Source of the DNA: Gammaproteobacteria bacterium
GTDB lineage: Bacteria > Pseudomonadota > Gammaproteobacteria > SZUA-229
Reading direction: 5' to 3'
NCBI GenBank assembly: GCA_048550535.1
Contig: JBLYYN010000146.1
Coordinates: forward strand, 1 to 59,977
Length of the DNA stretch: 59,977 bases
Below the pieces are notes generated by a model. The model was given only the letters and a program-made list of their open reading frames with translations. It did no database searches and was not told where the DNA came from. Made by a program: the position numbers and the translations under genes. Positions 58,888-59,977 of this stretch are shown here, in pieces (position 1 is the first letter of the stretch; every line of letters starts with the position of its first letter).

Positions 58888-59977
58888 AGCACCGTCTCCA
58901 GCTGATCAATATGATCAAGCAACTAATCGCCACCCCTTCGGTCAGCTGTGTCAATACCGAGCTGGACCAAAGCAACCTGCCGGTGATCGAGCTGCTGGCC
59001 AGCTGGCTGAAGGACCTTGATTTTGCAGTAGAGATACTGCCGGTAGCCCCCGGCAAGGCCAATTTACTGGCCAGCCGCGGTTCCGGCGATGGCGGACTGG
59101 TGCTGGCGGGTCATACCGATACCGTGCCCTATGACCAGCAACGCTGGAATTTCGACCCCTTCAAGTTGACCGAAGCGGACAATCGCCTGTATGGATTGGG
59201 CACCTCGGACATGAAGGCCTTTATGGCTTTAGCCATCGAAGCAGCCCTGACGTTTACCCCCGAACAATACCGGCAACCCTTGATCATCCTGGCCACCGCC
59301 GATGAAGAAACCACCATGGAGGGTGCCAAAGCCCTGGTCAAAGCCAGCCGACCCCGAGGCCGCTATGCCATCATTGGCGAACCTACGGGTATGAAGCCGG
59401 TACGCATGCACAAGGGAATCCTCATGGAATCGGTGCGTATCACCGGCCTGTCCGGCCATTCTAGCGATCCGACACTGGGCCACAATGCCCTGGAAGCCAT
59501 GCACAGGGTAATGAGTGAACTCATGACCTGGCGAGACGAACTGCAACAAAAATACCGCAACGACCAGTTCGAAGTACCGGTGCCCACCCTCAACCTGGGC
59601 CATATCCACGGCGGCGACAACCCCAACCGCATCTGTGGTACCTGCGAACTGCACATCGACTTACGGCCCTTGCCCGGCATGGACCTGGAGCAATTACGCC
59701 ATGACATGGCGCAACGACTGCAAAGTGTGATGCCGGATCACGGCTTTGAACTGGAAACCCGGCCTTTGTTTTCGGGTATCCCAGCAATGGAAACCGCGGC
59801 CGATAGCGAACTGATCAAAACCGCCGAATCCCTCACCGGGTATACTGCCCAGAGTGTCGCCTTCGGTACCGAAGCGCCTTACCTAACGGAACTGGGCATG
59901 CAAACCCTGGTTCTGGGCCCCGGCAATATTGCCCAGGCCCACCAGCCAGATGAGTACCTGGAATTAAATAGAATTGA
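58884..59977 (+). CDS. argE: Acetylornithine deacetylase (3' end beyond window)
   Basis: Open frame from ATG 58884, which overlaps the oxyR stop (ATGA), to the window end. MKHRLQLINMIKQLIATPSVS ... LVLAGHTDTVPYDQQRWNFDPFKLTEADNRLYGLGTSDMK matches ArgE/M20. It is absent from the ORF track because there is no stop in the window. Confidence 0.88.
   Translation, partial: MKHRLQLINMIKQLIATPSVSCVNTELDQSNLPVIELLASWLKDLDFAVEILPVAPGKANLLASRGSGDGGLVLAGHTDTVPYDQQRWNFDPFKLTEADNRLYGLGTSDMKAFMALAIEAALTFTPEQYRQPLIILATADEETTMEGAKALVKASRPRGRYAIIGEPTGMKPVRMHKGILMESVRITGLSGHSSDPTLGHNALEAMHRVMSELMTWRDELQQKYRNDQFEVPVPTLNLGHIHGGDNPNRICGTCELHIDLRPLPGMDLEQLRHDMAQRLQSVMPDHGFELETRPLFSGIPAMETAADSELIKTAESLTGYTAQSVAFGTEAPYLTELGMQTLVLGPGNIAQAHQPDEYLELNRI

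Noticed and set aside
1-59977. CRISPR arrays, tRNA/rRNA genes, integrases or transposases, prophage or toxin-antitoxin modules
   Set aside because: I scanned intergenic regions and ORF translations. I saw no regularly spaced direct repeats, no cloverleaf-like or rRNA-like sequence, and no recombinase or phage signatures.

Overview
About 60 kb of a gammaproteobacterial chromosome. The gene orders hemA-prfA-prmC-moeB and glnE-ilvE-(zinc finger)-LPS genes resemble Pseudomonas/Oceanospirillales-type genomes. I support about 47 protein-coding genes and found no rRNA, tRNA or CRISPR array. Most of the window is ordinary housekeeping: heme and translation termination (hemA, prfA, prmC), prc, gloA, rnd, fabA-fabB, ppk-ppx, the prkA/yeaG-yeaH-spoVR triad, rhlE, hldE, ilvE, glnE, purT, ilvD, oxyR and a 3'-truncated argE. 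Five things are less ordinary. (1) At least four families of small palindromic or MITE-like intergenic repeats, one of about 530-670 bp present three times. (2) A minus-strand block at 23.7-29.8 kb with an unrecognised multi-pass membrane protein plus a small vWA lipoprotein, followed by a YfbK-like vWA lipoprotein, an ECF sigma, an anti-sigma and a stand-alone FecR-domain protein. (3) A translationally coupled MoeB (E1-like) and JAB/MPN pair with no sulfur-carrier or Ubl gene nearby. (4) A LexA-like S24 peptidase lacking a DNA-binding domain. (5) An AT-rich LPS glycosylation island at about 41-47 kb. I cannot show that any of these is a new system. The membrane/vWA/ECF block and the repeat families are the best candidates for follow-up. 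All family assignments come from motif recognition by eye and no searches were run.
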